A program made the translations under genes and the position numbers. Below are positions 47,405-57,792 of a DNA stretch of 64,000 nucleotides, piece by piece. The notes beneath the pieces are model-generated. The model searched no databases and was not told the DNA's origin. It worked only from the letters and a program-made list of their open reading frames with translations. This DNA comes from Candidatus Omnitrophota bacterium (GTDB lineage Bacteria > Omnitrophota > Gorgyraeia > B26-G9), in assembly GCA_018817585.1 (NCBI GenBank), contig JAHITE010000048.1, forward strand, positions 2,100 through 66,099, written 5' to 3'. The first letter of the stretch is position 1. Each line of letters starts with the position of its first letter.

Positions 47405-49849
47405 ATGTTTTTAATTAAATTTATCAGGGCGAGCATCGCGATGCTGCTAATAATCATATTGCTTTCAAGTAATATCTACGCGGCCAATCAAATGCCTACA
47501 GATAGCTATACTTTTTGGATATTTACCGATGCTTTAGATGAAACAGCTCCGATTGTGCGGGACTGTTCCCCTGAAGCCAATTCTCTGGATATTTCCCGAT
47601 CAACTAATATTAAGGCTTGTATAGTTGATACCCAATCGGATATAGATTACACTTCGATCAATATGTCAGTAAATGGCATTCTGATTATAAATAATGGCAT
47701 TGTCCAGACTTATAAAGATGTATATGGTAATACTCAGTACTATCAAGTAGAAATAGTGGAAAAAACAGCTAATGATTATGTTTTGATGTATGATCCGGTG
47801 GAATGTTTTAATTATGAAGAAAATGTGCTGGTGAGCTTAAACGCGGCAGATGTTAAAGGCAATTATCTTGATCTTTATAATTATTCTTTTAAGGTTCAGG
47901 ATTTTCAAATCGGCGCGGTAAGTTCTTTTTTTAATGCCGCACCTTTGAATCTTAGTTTAGCTGCCCAAACAGCAGATACAGGATTTAAGCAGGATAATGC
48001 GGTAATTGCCAACTCAGTAGACAGTAAGCATGTATTTATTGCTTGGGAGCAGCGGAGCAGTACGGATATATGGGATATTTACTGTGTAAGATCAGATGAT
48101 TTTGGCAAGACTTTTTCCGCTCCGATTAGAGTAAATCCTGATGCCGCAGGCGCGGAACAGCGCTTTCCCTGTATTGCTTTAGACATCCTAAACAATGTAT
48201 ATGTCAGCTGGCAGCAAAAGGCAGTTTCCGGAGACTGGGATATTTATATTGCGAAAATGAACAGCACTGAAACTTTCTTTAGCCCGAGCAAGCGGATATA
48301 TGCTGATTATAATGCTACTGATCAAATGTTTCCGGCAATCGCAGTGGGTCCAGCGCTGCAAAGTGATGGTCTTTCCTGGACTCAGGAACCAGCGGTAATA
48401 TATGTGGTTTGGATTGAAAGCAATGGTTTAACCTCCAGCGTTCGCTATACAAGAACAACTGCTGCTTATAGTGATCCCTGGGATGTTTTTGTCAGTAATA
48501 GTATTCGGATTGACAGTGACCGTTCACAGCAGTGTAAAGATCCAATAATAAAACTTGATACCAGCGCCCGAACTTTTGTCGCTTGGCGGGCGGATAATTC
48601 TAATGGAACTTCCAGTATTTATTTTGATCGTGCAAATAAGAATATACTTGATGGAAAAGAGCTTTTTGGTACAGACATTACGGTGAGTAATAGTTCCAGC
48701 GCGGCAATTAAGCCGGAAATGGAAGTTTCATCAGATGGAAATAATGTTTATCTGCTTTGGAAAGAGTTATTATCAAATCAAGCTAATTTAAAGTTTTCGT
48801 ATTATCGATATTTAAATGGATATTATACTTTAAACGCGTCAAAAAATGTTAATACCGATATTTTAAGTGAAGCAGCTCTGGGTAATTATGATCTTAGCAT
48901 AGATATTGGTAATGATGTCTCAGTAATCTGGAGTGAGGTGCATAATGCTAATAAAGTGATTAATCTGGCAGGAGCAACTTATAATAACTATACTTTTTCG
49001 GAATTCGCGTCTATTGTCACGCCGGGAGAACAGGAAAATCCTTGTTTAGGGATGGATTCTGTTGGCGGACACTATTATATGACATGGACAGATAACAGCA
49101 ATGGCTATGAAGCAATATATTTTTGCCGCAATACTTATATCGTAACTGATGAAATTACCACTCAAAAGATTGATAATAATATCGGCGGTATTGTTGCCGT
49201 AAGTTCGGGCAGCATAGCTGGCAGCAAAATTGAAATACCCCCAGACGCGATTGACGCGCCGATTACGATTACAATTGCTGAATCAGTGGGTGCTCCGGAA
49301 CCGGATAATGGCTTGACCAGATTGGGTAATGTTGTAGATTTTGGACCAGGTCAAACATTTTTTAATACTCCGGCCAGAATAACATTGCCTTACAGTAACT
49401 TTATTAATATTGATGCTCAGGATTTGAATATATATTACTATAATATCGCGGGCTTGAAATGGGAGATGGTTTCAGGCTGCATAGTAGATGCAGTAAATCA
49501 AACGGTTTCCGCTAATATAAATCATTTTTCGATTTATATGGTTGCTGCTGGATCAGCAATTGTGGCAATTAGTGACCCTGATTCAGCTCAGGATAGTGGC
49601 GGGGGAGGCGGCGGTTGTTTTATTGCTACTGCCGCCTATGGCAGCAGTATGTCCAAAGAAGTATATGTTTTGCGTGAATTCCGCGATCAATATTTATTGA
49701 CTAATAAATTAGGAATAAGTTTTGTGCGAAATTATTATAAATACAGCCCGCCTTTTGCTGAGAAAATCCGAAGCAATAATAATATAAAAGCGCTGATTCG
49801 AGTATGTCTTAAACCATTAATTTGTTTAAGCCGGAGTATTTGCCGGTAA
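47405..49849 (+). CDS. Exported multi-domain protein with CFI-box-CTERM
   Basis: Signal peptide, Ig-like domain, BNR-like S.D.G.TF repeats, ZU5-like domain (IPPDA..HFS.Y), GGGGCFIATAAYGS...LR.FRD..YY.YSPP.A. Confidence 0.82.
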   Translation: MFLIKFIRASIAMLLIIILLSSNIYAANQMPTDSYTFWIFTDALDETAPIVRDCSPEANSLDISRSTNIKACIVDTQSDIDYTSINMSVNGILIINNGIVQTYKDVYGNTQYYQVEIVEKTANDYVLMYDPVECFNYEENVLVSLNAADVKGNYLDLYNYSFKVQDFQIGAVSSFFNAAPLNLSLAAQTADTGFKQDNAVIANSVDSKHVFIAWEQRSSTDIWDIYCVRSDDFGKTFSAPIRVNPDAAGAEQRFPCIALDILNNVYVSWQQKAVSGDWDIYIAKMNSTETFFSPSKRIYADYNATDQMFPAIAVGPALQSDGLSWTQEPAVIYVVWIESNGLTSSVRYTRTTAAYSDPWDVFVSNSIRIDSDRSQQCKDPIIKLDTSARTFVAWRADNSNGTSSIYFDRANKNILDGKELFGTDITVSNSSSAAIKPEMEVSSDGNNVYLLWKELLSNQANLKFSYYRYLNGYYTLNASKNVNTDILSEAALGNYDLSIDIGNDVSVIWSEVHNANKVINLAGATYNNYTFSEFASIVTPGEQENPCLGMDSVGGHYYMTWTDNSNGYEAIYFCRNTYIVTDEITTQKIDNNIGGIVAVSSGSIAGSKIEIPPDAIDAPITITIAESVGAPEPDNGLTRLGNVVDFGPGQTFFNTPARITLPYSNFINIDAQDLNIYYYNIAGLKWEMVSGCIVDAVNQTVSANINHFSIYMVAAGSAIVAISDPDSAQDSGGGGGGCFIATAAYGSSMSKEVYVLREFRDQYLLTNKLGISFVRNYYKYSPPFAEKIRSNNNIKALIRVCLKPLICLSRSICR

Positions 49850-49865
49850 TTTATCTAGTATTACC

Positions 49866-49917
49866 TTGACAGTTTTCGCTGAATATTATATAAAGATATT
49901 CGAATATGATTATATAA
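49866..49917 (+). promoter_or_regulatory. Promoter with ArsR-type palindromic operator
   Basis: TTGACA-17-TATAAA; TTATATAA-AG-ATATTCGAATAT-GA-TTATATAA (49886-49917). Confidence 0.7.
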
Positions 49918-49931
49918 CAAAGAGAGGGCTC

Positions 49932-50222
49932 ATGGCGAAAGTAAAATATAATTATCTAAGGGCGGCTAAATTTTTAAAAGCGCTTTCACACCCGACAAGG
50001 TTGATGATTGTCAATGAGCTGGCATTAGGAAAAAAATGTGTGAATGATATAAAAGAACTGGTGCAAGTAAATCAGCCGAATATATCACAGCATTTATCTT
50101 TGCTTAAATTAAACGGGATTGTGGACAGCCGGCAGAATGGGAAAATGAAATGTTATTTTTTAAAAGATGAAGCGATGATGCGGGAGATGTTTAATAATTT
50201 AAAGAAGAATAAGTTGATTTAA
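49932..50222 (+). CDS. ArsR/SmtB family regulator
   Basis: LKALSHPTRL.I, CV, QPNISQHL..L...G.V. Confidence 0.9.
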   Translation: MAKVKYNYLRAAKFLKALSHPTRLMIVNELALGKKCVNDIKELVQVNQPNISQHLSLLKLNGIVDSRQNGKMKCYFLKDEAMMREMFNNLKKNKLI

Positions 50223-50251
50223 AAAATAAGGGAAATAAGTAAGGAGGAAAA

Positions 50252-51973
50252 ATGAAATTATTGATTATCGGCGGTGTTGCCGGAGGAGCAGCGGCAGCGG
50301 CCAGAGCGAGAAGATTAAATGAAGATGCTCAGATCATAATGTTTGAACGAGGCGAATACGTGTCATTTGCTAACTGTGGATTGCCCTACTATGCGGGTGA
50401 TGTGGTTAAAAAACGGCAATTTCTACTGGTGCAGACACCGCGGGGGTTAAAAAAACGGTTTAATATCGACGTGCGTGTTAGGCACCTTGTCAAAGCGATT
50501 GACCCTATAAATAAAACGATTCAGGTAAAAGATCTTGCAACCAACCGAAATTATTCGGAAACCTATGATAAGCTTATTCTTTCTCCGGGGGCTGAGCCGA
50601 TTGTGCCTGCTTTTGAAGGCGTGGATCTGCCTTGCGTGCATACAGTACGCACTGTGCCTGATATTGACAGAATTAAAGAAGCGCTTGATTTGGCTAAAGT
50701 AAAAAGAGCGGTGGTGATCGGCGCGGGATTTATTGGTTTAGAGATGTCAGAAAATTTGCGGGAAAGAGGCGTGGAAACATATCTGGTTGAGAAAATGGAT
50801 CAGGTTATGCCGCCTTTTGATAAGGATATGGCGGTAATCCTTGAGCGGGAAATCATGGCGCATGATGTCAGGCTTTATCTTAATGAAGAAGTTGTAAAGA
50901 TAAGCATGGAAAATAATGGATATAAAGTGCATACAGCATCAGGGAAAGGTTTGGATACAGATTTAGTTATTATGGCTATAGGAGTAAGGCCTGAAACTAA
51001 TCTTGCCAAACAAGCGGGGTTAAAACTAGGCAGCCAAGGGATTGTAACTGATGCTAAAATGAAGACATCGGATGAGTCAATCTATGCTATTGGTGATGTT
51101 GTAGAAAGTTTTGACCCGGTAACTGCTGTATATCGTAATGTCCCTTTAGCCGGTCCCGCGGCTAAACAAGCGCTTGTCGCGGTGAATAATATATTCGGGA
51201 TAGATGATGAGTATGCCGGAACTATTGGAACTTCTATAGTAAAGGTGTTTAATCTAGCCGCTGCAATGACCGGAGCAAGCGAGAAAACGCTAAAAGCCGC
51301 TAAGATTAATCACTCAAAGGTGTATACGCATCCCGCTGACCATGTGGGATATTATCCGGGCGCGGTGAAGATGGCGATAAAACTTTTATATGATCCGGAT
51401 AGCGGGATTGTGCTTGGCGCGCAGATAGTAGGCAAAAACGGCGTGGATAGAAAAACCGATGTGCTGGCTGTCGCGGTAAAGCAAAAGATGTTAATAAAGG
51501 ATCTGGCAGAATTGGAATTATGTTATGCTCCGCCATACGGCACATCAAAAGACGCGATTAATCTTATTGGCATGACAGCTTTAAATCATAAGCGGGACAT
51601 AACTAAATTAATTCAATGGGAAGATATTTTGAAAGAAGATTTTTTGCTGGATACCCGGACAGTTGGGGAATACGATAGAGGCAATGTGCCGAATTCAGTG
51701 AACATTCCGGTTGATGAATTAAGAGAGCGGTTGAATGAAATCCCTAAAAACAGGAATATCGCCGTATTTTGCCAGTATGGAGTAAGAGCGCATGTTGCTT
51801 GTAGAATTCTTAATCAGCACGGATATAGAGCCGCTAATATTTCAGGCGGATACGTGACATTTGTAAATTACCGGGACGCGTATAAGTCTTCGAGCTTATT
51901 GAGCGCCCAAAGCAAGCTGGATAATGAGACATTCTGCTCAGGTACTATTGGAGAGCCTGTTACGGATAAATAA
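50252..51973 (+). CDS. cdr: CoA-disulfide/persulfide reductase with C-terminal rhodanese domain
   Basis: GGVAGG, SFANCGLPY, GAGFIGLE, YAPPY, D.R...EY..G, CQYGVRA. Confidence 0.9.
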   Translation: MKLLIIGGVAGGAAAAARARRLNEDAQIIMFERGEYVSFANCGLPYYAGDVVKKRQFLLVQTPRGLKKRFNIDVRVRHLVKAIDPINKTIQVKDLATNRNYSETYDKLILSPGAEPIVPAFEGVDLPCVHTVRTVPDIDRIKEALDLAKVKRAVVIGAGFIGLEMSENLRERGVETYLVEKMDQVMPPFDKDMAVILEREIMAHDVRLYLNEEVVKISMENNGYKVHTASGKGLDTDLVIMAIGVRPETNLAKQAGLKLGSQGIVTDAKMKTSDESIYAIGDVVESFDPVTAVYRNVPLAGPAAKQALVAVNNIFGIDDEYAGTIGTSIVKVFNLAAAMTGASEKTLKAAKINHSKVYTHPADHVGYYPGAVKMAIKLLYDPDSGIVLGAQIVGKNGVDRKTDVLAVAVKQKMLIKDLAELELCYAPPYGTSKDAINLIGMTALNHKRDITKLIQWEDILKEDFLLDTRTVGEYDRGNVPNSVNIPVDELRERLNEIPKNRNIAVFCQYGVRAHVACRILNQHGYRAANISGGYVTFVNYRDAYKSSSLLSAQSKLDNETFCSGTIGEPVTDK

Positions 51974-51986
51974 TGGGGTAAATAAA

Positions 51987-52166
51987 ATGCTTGATTTCAG
52001 TCAGATAGCTGAGGCTCGCATAGTTCTTGGTTTGGAAGAATTCGCGGCTATGGAACAGATAACAGACGCTTATCGTAAACTTGCTGTTAAATACCATCAG
52101 GATAAGTGCAAAAATAAAGATAAGAAAAAATGTGAAGAAAAATTTAAAAAGATTGCTGCGCGGTAA
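51987..52166 (+). pseudogene. Truncated J-domain protein
   Basis: ARIVLGL....I..AYRKLA.KYHQDK (HPD changed to HQD)...KFK.I, then stop. Confidence 0.65.
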
Positions 52167-52203
52167 ACATTAATACTCCGCCTGTTATTTTAAATGCATT
52201 AAT

Positions 52204-52250
52204 TTGACAAAGCATTTAAAATAAATTATACTATATAGCAATATGGCTAT
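52204..52250 (+). promoter_or_regulatory. Promoter and ArsR operator
   Basis: TTGACA-17-TATACT; ATAGC-N6-GCTAT at 52235-50, repeated at 52638-53. Confidence 0.7.
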
Positions 52251-52279
52251 TTAATTAATAATCTATTTTTAGGTGTAAT

Positions 52280-52618
52280 ATGAAGGAATTAGAAAAAATA
52301 TTTAAAGCCCTAGCCGATATTAATCGTTTGCGCATTTTAAAAATGCTTCAAGCGCGGAAGAGATGCGTATGTGAGTTAGCTTTTGTCTTGGGGATTACCC
52401 AGCCCAGCGTATCGCGGCATATAAAAAAATTAAAAAATGCCGGTTTGATTGAAAGTGAAAAAAACGAGTTTTGGACAGACTATTGTTTGATTGAAACAGG
52501 CAAGCATATTGAGCTTATTATCAAGCAGTTTAAACGCTTGTGCGTAAATGATAATCTGGTGAAGAGCGATTTGGAAAAAATAAAAAAAGCTAATCGTCAG
52601 AAACTTTGCTGCAAGTAA
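52280..52618 (+). CDS. arsR: ArsR family arsenic-responsive repressor
   Basis: FKALAD.NRLRIL, CVCEL, QPSVSRH, C-terminal CC. Confidence 0.9.
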   Translation: MKELEKIFKALADINRLRILKMLQARKRCVCELAFVLGITQPSVSRHIKKLKNAGLIESEKNEFWTDYCLIETGKHIELIIKQFKRLCVNDNLVKSDLEKIKKANRQKLCCK

Positions 52619-52666
52619 TATTTTTTTAAGTAAATAAATAGCTTTTTGGCTATATGGGGGGATCTA

Positions 52667-53839
52667 ATGAAAGAGCGGAATAAGTTTTTATTAATGCTCG
52701 GCGGTTTTCTGGCATGTTTTTATTTACCGATTGAGCTTTTGCCATTCCGCAATCCTGTGTTTGAGGCAATAGCGCTTGTGCAATGGTACGCGCAAGAGCA
52801 TGTTTTACTTTGTTTGGTTCCGGCATTTTTTATTGCCGGAGCGATTTCGGTTTTTATCAGCCAAGCTTCAGTGATTAAATATTTTGGGGCAAAAGCAAAT
52901 AAGTTTTTGGCTTATAGCGTGGCTTCAATTTCCGGAACCATTTTGGCAGTATGTTCCTGTACGGTTTTGCCTTTGTTTTCTGGCATATATAAACGGGGCG
53001 CGGGTTTAGGCCCGGCCACAGCCTTTCTTTATTCCGGGCCGGCGATTAATATTTTGGCAATTATTATGACTGCCAGGATTTTAGGCTGGCAGCTGGGGTT
53101 GGCCAGAGCAGTGGGCGCGATTTTATTCAGCGTAATAATCGGACTTTTAATGCATCTTATATTTTTAAAAGAAGAACAAGCGCGAAAGGTACAAGGAGAT
53201 TTATTAGCTTTAGAGGAAAAAGAACCAAGAAATTTAGCCCAGAATGGTGTGTATTTTTTATCAATGGTTGCTTTCTTGGTATTTGCTAATTGGGCAAAGC
53301 CACAATTAGGTGATAGTGGTTTATGGGCAGATTTGTTTGCCATAAAATGGTATTTATCCGCGGGATTTCTATTTTTAATTTCGATTATGATTGCCAAGTG
53401 GTTTAAAAAGCAGGAAATTATAGACTGGACGCAAAGCTCCTGGACTTTTGCTAAACAGATACTTCCATTATTGTTATTAGGGGTAATTATTGCTGGATTA
53501 TTGCTTGGCCGGCCTGATCATGAAGGCTTAATTCCCTCCTGGATTATTGCCAAGGCGGTTGGCGGAAATTCACTGTTATCTAATTTATTAGCTTCCGTGG
53601 TTGGGGCATTTATGTATTTTGCTACTTTAACTGAAGTGCCGATTCTTCAAGGGCTTATCGGAGCTGGCATGGGTAAAGGCCCGGCATTGGCTTTGCTTTT
53701 AGCCGGACCAGCCTTGAGCTTGCCGAATATGCTGGTTATCCGGAAAGTTATTGGCACAAAGAAGACAGTGGTTTATGTGAGTTTAGTGGTTGTTATGGCC
53801 ACATTCAGCAGAATTATATTCGGGATGATTGTAAAATAG
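52667..53839 (+). CDS. ArsP/DUF318 family permease
   Basis: EHVLLCLVPAFFIAG, AVCSCTVLPLF, MYFATLTEVPI. Confidence 0.88.
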   Translation: MKERNKFLLMLGGFLACFYLPIELLPFRNPVFEAIALVQWYAQEHVLLCLVPAFFIAGAISVFISQASVIKYFGAKANKFLAYSVASISGTILAVCSCTVLPLFSGIYKRGAGLGPATAFLYSGPAINILAIIMTARILGWQLGLARAVGAILFSVIIGLLMHLIFLKEEQARKVQGDLLALEEKEPRNLAQNGVYFLSMVAFLVFANWAKPQLGDSGLWADLFAIKWYLSAGFLFLISIMIAKWFKKQEIIDWTQSSWTFAKQILPLLLLGVIIAGLLLGRPDHEGLIPSWIIAKAVGGNSLLSNLLASVVGAFMYFATLTEVPILQGLIGAGMGKGPALALLLAGPALSLPNMLVIRKVIGTKKTVVYVSLVVVMATFSRIIFGMIVK

Positions 53840-53850
53840 GAGAGATTGCG

Positions 53851-54084
53851 ATGAAGATTGAAATATTGGGTACAGGCTGTCCAAAATGTAAAAAATTATA
53901 TGAAAATGTTCAGGAAGCGGTTAAGCAAAAAAATATTGATGCGGAGATTTTAAAGGTTACAGAAATTAATGAAATAATGGAGTACGGAATTATGATTACC
54001 CCGGCTTTAGTGGTTGACGGAGAAGTTAAGGCTGCTGGAAAAATCCCTTCGGTTAATGAAATTGTGAATTGGATTACTGTATAA
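53851..54084 (+). CDS. Small redox-active disulfide protein (MTH895-like)
   Basis: ILGTGCPKC, YGIM.TPALVVDG. Confidence 0.9.
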   Translation: MKIEILGTGCPKCKKLYENVQEAVKQKNIDAEILKVTEINEIMEYGIMITPALVVDGEVKAAGKIPSVNEIVNWITV

Positions 54085-54098
54085 AAGAGGAGGAAAAT

Positions 54099-54548
54099 AT
54101 GACAAATGCAAAGAATATTTTTTTAGTAATAGCAGTAATTGTTCTGGGAGCGTTGCCGCAGCATAATTCCAATAAAGGCTGCAGTAATGGTGTGTGCGGT
54201 TTATTACCTGATGCTTTGGCAGAAACTTCGGATTTACTTAAATCGGATTTGCCCACAGGTAATGAGCAGATCAGCTTTGTTGAGCTTGGCTCAGTAAATT
54301 GCATTCCTTGCAAGCAAATGCAGCCGATTATAGAGACAATCGAAAAAAAATACGCAGAAAAAGTAAAAGTTGTTTTTCATGATGTATGGACAGAAGAAGG
54401 CAAAAAATACGGGAATGAATATCATATCCGAGCTATTCCGACACAGGTATTTCTTGATAAAACAGGAAAAGAGATAACTAGGCATGAAGGATTTTTTCCG
54501 CAAGCGGAGATTGAAAAAATCTTAACTAATGCTGGAGTTGAAAAATGA
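54099..54548 (+). CDS. Exported thioredoxin family protein
   Basis: ELGS..CIPCKQM, IRAIPTQVF...RHEGF. Confidence 0.88.
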   Translation: MTNAKNIFLVIAVIVLGALPQHNSNKGCSNGVCGLLPDALAETSDLLKSDLPTGNEQISFVELGSVNCIPCKQMQPIIETIEKKYAEKVKVVFHDVWTEEGKKYGNEYHIRAIPTQVFLDKTGKEITRHEGFFPQAEIEKILTNAGVEK

Positions 54549-55246
54549 TCATGCGCTTGTTTGAAATATTAAGTAATGCTTTGAGCGGTACGCCGTTTAT
54601 TGCTTTTGGAGCGGCTTTTGCTTGGGGGATTTTAAGTATTTTGCTTAGCCCCTGTCATCTGGCAAGTATCCCCCTGATAATCGGGTTTATTAATGATCAG
54701 GGAAAGATATCGACAAAAAGGGCGTTTGTATTAGCGCTGCTTTTTTCTTTAGGAATCCTGATAACCATAGCTATTATCGGGGTGATTACCGCGGGAATGG
54801 GCAGAATGCTTGGTGATATCGGCAATCTGGGTAATTATTTTGTCGCGATTATATTTTTTATTGTGGGATTGCATCTTTTGGGGGTTTTATCTTTGCCGTT
54901 TATGGAAGGCGCAGGCCAGCCGGGGATGAAACGAAAAGGATTGTTGGCAGCTTTCTTGCTCGGACTTATTTTTGGGATTGCGCTTGGCCCCTGTACTTTC
55001 GCGTATATGGCTCCTATTCTGGCAATTACTTTTTCTCTGTCTTCGACAAAATTCCTGTATGGAATCCTCCTTCTTATTGCTTATGGAATCGGACATTGTT
55101 CAGTGATTGTATTTGCCGGGACATTTACGGAAATGGTAGAGCGCTATCTTAAATGGAATGAAAACTCAAAAGGGACTCTTATCCTGAAAAAGATATGCGG
55201 TTTTTTGGTAATCTTAGCAGGGCTATATCTATTATTTAAAAGATAA
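54545..55246 (+). CDS. ccdA: CcdA/DsbD transmembrane protein
   Basis: LSPCHLASIP and GPCT in TM segments. Confidence 0.85.
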   Translation: MIMRLFEILSNALSGTPFIAFGAAFAWGILSILLSPCHLASIPLIIGFINDQGKISTKRAFVLALLFSLGILITIAIIGVITAGMGRMLGDIGNLGNYFVAIIFFIVGLHLLGVLSLPFMEGAGQPGMKRKGLLAAFLLGLIFGIALGPCTFAYMAPILAITFSLSSTKFLYGILLLIAYGIGHCSVIVFAGTFTEMVERYLKWNENSKGTLILKKICGFLVILAGLYLLFKR

Positions 55247-55266
55247 TTAACGTGAGGTAAAAGATC

Positions 55267-56334
55267 ATGTCAGAAAAGATAAAATTAGGGTTTTTTGAAA
55301 AATATCTGACCATTTGGGTTATCGCCTGCATTGGCTTAGGGATATTTTTAGGGAAATTATTTCCTCAGGCCGCGGTTAGATTAGACAGTATCTCAATTTA
55401 TCATGTGTCTATTCCGATTGCTATTTGTCTTTTTTTTATGATGTACCCGATTATGGTGAAGATTGATTTCAGTGAAGTTATTAAGGCCGGCAAGACGCCT
55501 AAGCCGGTATTGCTTACATTGCTTGTAAACTGGGGGATCAAGCCGTTTACGATGTTCGCGATCGCTACGTTTTTTCTTGGATTTGTTTTTAAACAGTGGT
55601 TGCCGGGTTTAGAGATTATTAAGGACGGAACTCAGGTTGAACTGTATCGTTCTTATATTGCCGGCTGTATTTTGTTGGGGATAGCGCCTTGTACAGCCAT
55701 GGTTCTTGTCTGGGGTCATTTGGCTAAGGGTAATGACGGACATACGCTGGTTATGGTTGCGATAAATTCGCTGACAATGTTGTTTCTTTATGCGCCGTTA
55801 GGCGGATGGCTGCTTGGGGTAAATCAGATGCCGATCCCTTGGCAGACGATTGTTATTTCAGTAGTGATGTATGTAGGAATACCTTTGCTTTTAGGATATT
55901 ATTCAAGGAAATTTATTATTGCCAAGATGGGGTTTAATTGGTTTGAGGATAAATTTATTCACTATCTTACACCGATTTCAATTACCGCATTGCTGGTTAC
56001 GCTTGTCCTTTTGTTTTCGTTTAAGGGAGAGCTTATTGTTGATCAGCCGCAGGTGATTTTGCTGATCGCGATTCCGCTTTTTATCCAGACTTGCCTGATT
56101 TTCGCGATTACTTATGCTTTGGCCTTGTGGTTAAAATTGCCGTATAAAGATGCGGCGCCTTCTGCCTTGATTGGGGCAAGCAATCATTTTGAGGTTGCCA
56201 TCGCGACTTCAGCAATGCTCTTCGGCCTTTCATCCGGAGCTTCTTTGGCAACTGTGGTCGGGGTAATTATTGAAGTGCCGGTAATGCTTATTTTAGTCAG
56301 GGTGTGTTTGAAAACCAGGAACATTTTTAAATAA
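55267..56334 (+). CDS. acr3: Acr3 arsenite efflux transporter
   Basis: [42 protein letters not shown]. Confidence 0.95.
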   Translation: MSEKIKLGFFEKYLTIWVIACIGLGIFLGKLFPQAAVRLDSISIYHVSIPIAICLFFMMYPIMVKIDFSEVIKAGKTPKPVLLTLLVNWGIKPFTMFAIATFFLGFVFKQWLPGLEIIKDGTQVELYRSYIAGCILLGIAPCTAMVLVWGHLAKGNDGHTLVMVAINSLTMLFLYAPLGGWLLGVNQMPIPWQTIVISVVMYVGIPLLLGYYSRKFIIAKMGFNWFEDKFIHYLTPISITALLVTLVLLFSFKGELIVDQPQVILLIAIPLFIQTCLIFAITYALALWLKLPYKDAAPSALIGASNHFEVAIATSAMLFGLSSGASLATVVGVIIEVPVMLILVRVCLKTRNIFK

Positions 56335-56395
56335 GTTTTGTGATGAAATGCAGAGACACAAAACTTAACATATCCATTCGCTAGCTTTTAAATTA

Positions 56396-56424
56396 TTGAC
56401 AATACGTACGGCATGTGGTACGCT
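56396..56424 (+). promoter_or_regulatory. TA promoter with GTAC operator repeats
   Basis: TTGACA-17-TACGCT; CGTACG-N6-GGTACG. Confidence 0.6.
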
Positions 56425-56443
56425 TTAAGTAAAGGAGATTATT

Positions 56444-56686
56444 ATGACTACTTTAACCGCAAGCCAAGCACGAAGCATATTATATAAATTATTAGATACA
56501 ACAGCTTTATCTCATGAACCAATACAAATTACCGGAAAAAGACATAATGCTGTTTTAATTTCTGAAGATGACTGGAGAGCAATTCAGGAAACCTTATATC
56601 TTCTTTCAATTCCGGGAATGCGGGAGTCTATCCGCAAGGGCTTAAAAACCCCGATTAAAGAATGCAGCAAGAAATTGACATGGTAA
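56444..56686 (+). CDS. yefM: Phd/YefM antitoxin
   Basis: AR..LY.L.D, HEPI.ITGKR.NAVL.SE.DW.AIQETLYL. Confidence 0.92.
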   Translation: MTTLTASQARSILYKLLDTTALSHEPIQITGKRHNAVLISEDDWRAIQETLYLLSIPGMRESIRKGLKTPIKECSKKLTW

Positions 56687-56946
56687 GCTGGAAAATAGTT
56701 TATACAAAACAGGCTATAAAAGACGCGAAAAAAATATCTGCTTCCGGATTGCGCTCTAAAGCGGAAAGCATTATAGAAATTATAAAGGAAAATCCCTTCA
56801 AGATTCCTCCTCCGTTTGAAAAACTAGTCGGTGATTTAACCGGTGCCTATTCAAGAAGAATAAATATACAACATCGAATTATTTATCAGGTATTTAAAAA
56901 ACACAAAACAATAAAAATTATTCGCTTATGGACTCATTATGAGTAG
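56680..56946 (+). CDS. yoeB: Txe/YoeB toxin
   Basis: NPF..PP.FEKLVGDL.GAYSRRINIQHR..Y.V, WTHYE. Confidence 0.92.
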   Translation: MVSWKIVYTKQAIKDAKKISASGLRSKAESIIEIIKENPFKIPPPFEKLVGDLTGAYSRRINIQHRIIYQVFKKHKTIKIIRLWTHYE

Positions 56947-56966
56947 AAACAGCGGTTAGGCACAAG

Positions 56967-57022
56967 GTTAATAGCTAATGGTTGATAGTCAATAGCCCAT
57001 AGTAAAAAGCCATAAGCCATGG
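56967..57022. repeat. Heptamer repeat array
   Basis: GTTAATA GCTAATG GTTGATA GTCAATA GCCCATA GTAAAAA GCCATAA GCCATGG. Confidence 0.8.
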
Positions 57023-57027
57023 AAAGT

Positions 57028-57792
57028 TCAATGATTATTGGCAGGCTTAGCTTCGGAGAATATTTTATCCAGCTCTTTTTCCATTGCTAGCGCTTGCTCG
57101 GTTTTGCCCAGCTTTTTATACGCTTCGCATAGAAAAGTATAAATCACTCTTTTCTCAAATTTATCAATTGTTTGCTGTGCAGCAAAACTTCTGGCTTGTT
57201 CAAAACAATAAGCCGCATTAGTATAATCTTTTTTCTGCATAATATATATTTCACCCAGTTCCGCATATATTTTCCAGGAATCTGGATTGTTTTTTATCCC
57301 ATCTTTGAGTAATTTTATGGCTTCATCTATTTTGTCTAAACGGGTTGCCAGCCAGAATCCGCCCACGCAATAAGCCTGCTCATTGTGCGGATTTAATTTT
57401 AGCGCGTAATAAAACCAGGGAATAAGTTCTTTTTCTTCGTTTCCGCTTAAATGGCGGTGTTGGCTGATTCTTAGCGCCTGTCTGATATTCATCAGAGGAT
57501 TAGCAAAGTTCTTTTTGGATGATGGGAGGGAGTGATGTTCATGTTCTGGAGACTGTTCCAGGTAATTTTCCTGTTTGCATGTTTGGCCTTTGGCGTGAAA
57601 ATACGCGTCAGCCTGCAGATAGGATAAATCAGATAAATAATCGCGAAACTCGCCAAAGGTTTTATAAAATATATGATTATTCAGATCCGCGCTTGCTTGT
57701 TGATTTAAAAATTCCTGGCTGTAGGAGTCTATTTTGCTGCTGAGCAGAAGAATCAAGATTAGCGCTGGGATAAAAAAAAATAGGTTTTTCAT
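57028..57792 (-). CDS. Exported TPR protein associated with ABC transporter
   Basis: Signal/TM; ADAYFH; His-rich stretch; LNPHN..AY..GGFWL; G.KNNP.SW. Confidence 0.75.
   Translation of the reverse strand: MKNLFFFIPALILILLLSSKIDSYSQEFLNQQASADLNNHIFYKTFGEFRDYLSDLSYLQADAYFHAKGQTCKQENYLEQSPEHEHHSLPSSKKNFANPLMNIRQALRISQHRHLSGNEEKELIPWFYYALKLNPHNEQAYCVGGFWLATRLDKIDEAIKLLKDGIKNNPDSWKIYAELGEIYIMQKKDYTNAAYCFEQARSFAAQQTIDKFEKRVIYTFLCEAYKKLGKTEQALAMEKELDKIFSEAKPANNH

Noticed and set aside
56396-56960. yefM-yoeB as another integron cassette
   Set aside because: No attC-like palindrome follows it; a GTTAGGC at 56955 is present but without R'' or L boxes.
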